From Octopus bimaculoides (taxonomy: Eukaryota), in NCBI RefSeq assembly GCF_001194135.2, contig NC_068985.1, forward strand, positions 114,929,271 to 114,967,526: DNA of 38,256 nucleotides. Direction: 5' to 3'. Under the pieces are notes generated by a model, which was not told the DNA's origin, searched no databases, and saw nothing but the letters and a program-made list of their open reading frames with translations. This document shows, piece after piece, positions 34,757-38,256 of the stretch. The translations under genes and the position numbers were made by a program. Position 1 is the first letter of the stretch; every line of letters begins with the position of its first letter.

Positions 34757-34945
34757 GCTTGTGTGTTTATATGCATGTATGTATGTATGTGTGTCTGTAT
34801 GTATGTATGTGCGTGTGTATGTATGTGTGCATGTAAGTATATATATATATGTATGTAGGTTTTGTGTGAATATATATCTATATGTGTTTGTGAGTGTGTG
34901 TGTGTGTGAGTGTGTGTGTGTGTGTGTGTACGTACGTGTGTACTG
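34630..34945. repeat. (ATGT)n/(GT)n microsatellite
   Basis: Direct reading. Confidence 0.9.
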
Positions 34946-35977
34946 AAAACCGTGGACACGAATACAATTACATATACAAAACACGAACAAACATGCATAT
35001 AAACTTAGTTAATTTATGTATACACATATATATTATATATGTTTATGTATGTGTAAATAGTACATGAATATATCAGGACACACACACATACATCCATATA
35101 TANNNNNNNNNNNNNNNNNNNNNNNNNNNNNNNNNNNNNNNNNNNNNNNNNNNNNNNNNNNNNNNNNNNNNNNNNNNNNNNNNNNNNNNNNNNNNNNNNN
35201 NNNNNNNNNNNNNNNNNNNNNNNNNNNNNNNNNNNNNNNNNNNNNNNNNNNNNNNNNNNNNNNNNNNNNNNNNNNNNNNNNNNNNNNNNNNNNNNNNNNN
35301 NNNNNNNNNNNNNNNNNNNNNNNNNNNNNNNNNNNNNNNNNNNNNNNNNNNNNNNNNNNNNNNNNNNNNNNNNNNNNNNNNNNNNNNNNNNNNNNNNNNN
35401 NNNNNNNNNNNNNNNNNNNNNNNNNNNNNNNNNNNNNNNNNNNNNNNNNNNNNNNNNNNNNNNNNNNNNNNNNNNNNNNNNNNNNNNNNNNNNNNNNNNN
35501 NNNNNNNNNNNNNNNNNNNNNNNNNNNNNNNNNNNNNNNNNNNNNNNNNNNNNNNNNNNNNNNNNNNNNNNNNNNNNNNNNNNNNNNNNNNNNNNNNNNN
35601 NNNNNNNNNNNNNNNNNNNNNNNNNNNNNNNNNNNNNNNNNNNNNNNNNNNNNNNNNNNNNNNNNNNNNNNNNNNNNNNNNNNNNNNNNNNNNNNNNNNN
35701 NNNNNNNNNNNNNNNNNNNNNNNNNNNNNNNNNNNNNNNNNNNNNNNNNNNNNNNNNNNNNNNNNNNNNNNNNNNNNNNNNNNNNNNNNNNNNNNNNNNN
35801 NNNNNNNNNNNNNNNNNNNNNNNNNNNNNNNNNNNNNNNNNNNNNNNNNNNNNNNNNNNNNNNNNNNNNNNNNNNNNNNNNNNNNNNNNNNNNNNNNNNN
35901 NNNNNNNNNNNNNNNNNNNNNNNNNNNNNNNNNNNNNNNNNNNNNNNNNNNNNNNNNNNNNNNNNNNNNNNNNNNNN

Positions 35978-36009
<32 letters not shown>

Positions 36010-36148
36010 TTTATACTTGCATGTATGTTTGTTTCTATATATATGTTTGTATAAAGAGAAACACACACGCATGCGTGTATTCACATAAAGCCATCCCCAC
36101 CACACACATACATACACTCATCCACATATATAGATTCATACATACATG

Positions 36149-36180
<32 letters not shown>

Positions 36181-37337
36181 CATATCTATATATATATCCA
36201 GTTATAAACATATGCCCGAGTGTATAGCATAATCAATTATATATACACGAGTAAACCCCTACCTCTTCTACACATTTTTTAGACATCTATATACACTTCA
36301 AATTTCTTTCCTGTTTATACCATACACCCTCATATACGTACTACTTGATAAACTCACTTACACACTTACGTATGCATATATGCGACTATAAACAAACAAT
36401 AATGTGAGTATACATACTATGAATCACTACTGTTTTTAGAAAGCTATAAACATACACACACAAACACACACATATACACACATTTACACAGTTATAAACA
36501 TACCTGGTCACCACACACAACGTGCATACATAACTATATAATGATATAAAATAACTTGATTGTATATATATANNNNNNNNNNNNNNNNNNNNNNNNNNNN
36601 NNNNNNNNNNNNNNNNNNNNNNNNNNNNNNNNNNNNNNNNNNNNNNNNNNNNNNNNNNNNNNNNNNNNNNNNNNNNNNNNNNNNNNNNNNNNNNNNNNNN
36701 NNNNNNNNNNNNNNNNNNNNNNNNNNNNNNNNNNNNNNNNNNNNNNNNNNNNNNNNNNNNNNNNNNNNNNNNNNNNNNNNNNNNNNNNNNNNNNNNNNNN
36801 NNNNNNNNNNNNNNNNNNNNNNNNNNNNNNNNNNNNNNNNNNNNNNNNNNNNNNNNNNNNNNNNNNNNNNNNNNNNNNNNNNNNNNNNNNNNNNNNNNNN
36901 NNNNNNNNNNNNNNNNNNNNNNNNNNNNNNNNNNNNNNNNNNNNNNNNNNNNNNNNNNNNNNNNNNNNNNNNNNNNNNNNNNNNNNNNNNNNNNNNNNNN
37001 NNNNNNNNNNNNNNNNNNNNNNNNNNNNNNNNNNNNNNNNNNNNNNNNNNNNNNNNNNNNNNNNNNNNNNNNNNNNNNNNNNNNNNNNNNNNNNNNNNNN
37101 NNNNNNNNNNNNNNNNNNNNNNNNNNNNNNNNNNNNNNNNNNNNNNNNNNNNNNNNNNNNNNNNNNNNNNNNNNNNNNNNNNNNNNNNNNNNNNNNNNNN
37201 NNNNNNNNNNNNNNNNNNNNNNNNNNNNNNNNNNNNNNNNNNNNNNNNNNNNNNNNNNNNNNNNNNNNNNNNNNNNNNNNNNNNNNNNNNNNNNNNNNNN
37301 NNNNNNNNNNNNNNNNNNNNNNNNNNNNNNNNNNNNN

Positions 37338-37382
<45 letters not shown>

Positions 37383-37512
37383 CATATATATAAAGATATA
37401 TATGCAGAAATATATATGTGTGTGTGTTTGTGTGTGCGTAAATTTATATATTGACACATACGTATAGATGTATGTATGTTAATATGCTTATATTCGTTTG
37501 AATGTGTGTGTA

Positions 37513-37568
<56 letters not shown>

Positions 37569-37619
37569 GTCAATGTGTGTGTGGTCAACGTGTGCATAGA
37601 TATTTGTCTGTACTTATAA

Positions 37620-37960
37620 GAGAATGCTTAAAAAGTTCGATCCGAAATGGCGAGATTCCGCGTTGAATTTGCACTGCCTGATATTTAGGTCAAGTGTATT
37701 CTACCAGTTTCGGCTGGACCCAACTGTGGTGAGTAAAATTATGATAGCATCTGTACAGAAACTAGTCAAATGGGGACCAGTAGTAATTGAAATGGTACAG
37801 CTTTCCTATGTTTTGTGGCGTCGGTTCTGGTATTGAGGGTTATATTAATGCAAGACATGTCTTTGGAATACTCAAGCACGCCTATAATAAATCGATCAGA
37901 AGGTTATTTCAGTACTACTCAACTGAATACTAATCGTCTTCGAAACCGACGGAGTTTCAT
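37620..37960 (+). mobile_element. old, highly diverged family C SINE
   Basis: 37810-37960 is a diverged reverse complement of 18600-18750 (ends ...CTTCGAAACCGACGGAGTTTC). The head is only weakly recognisable. Confidence 0.45.
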
Positions 37961-38047
37961 TAACTTATGTATACATACATGCATGCATACATACATACAT
38001 ACATACATACAAACATACAGACATACTCACTCACACACACATATATA

Positions 38048-38210
38048 TAGCTGTGTGTTAAGACGTTTGCTCTCCCAATCACATGGTCCTGGGTTCACTC
38101 CCACGACCTGGCGCTTTGGTTTTGCTTCTTCTTCTATAGCTTGGAGCTGACCAAATCTTTGCGAGTGGATTTGGTTGATGGAACATGAAAGAAAACCGTC
38201 CAAGCGGTGG
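38048..38210 (+). mobile_element. family B CORE-type SINE head
   Basis: TAGCTGTGTGTTAAG...GGGTTCACTCCC (B-box)...CTATAGC..GGAGCTGACCAAA...GCGAGTGGATTTGG, followed by (CA)n. Confidence 0.8.
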
Positions 38211-38256
38211 AGCGGAAAACGCAAAACGCACGCGCGCACACGCACACACACACACA

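Overview
This is a eukaryotic, AT-rich, repeat-saturated window with no confidently supported host gene. About 7 kb (roughly 18%) is N, in 17 gaps that mostly abut microsatellites, as expected of a short-read draft assembly. The SINE families and microsatellite load point to a coleoid cephalopod, probably Octopus (inference from family recognition). Nearly all long ORFs in the track are translations of microsatellites or gaps. Recognisable content is transposon debris: two head-to-head Penelope GIY-YIG 3' ends, two head-to-head R4/Dong-type LINE 3' ends, a piggyBac C-terminal remnant, a near full-length decayed DD37D/maT transposon, a deleted mariner, a fold-back MITE, a Helitron-like segment with an STPR-like mini-ORF, and about 15 tRNA-derived SINE copies from three families. 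The most interesting signal is a ~200 bp element present three times, always between microsatellites, carrying a minimal hammerhead ribozyme with a shared A6U core variant (retrozyme or Penelope-LTR-like). The window also holds several long inverted repeats and two weak candidate host exons.
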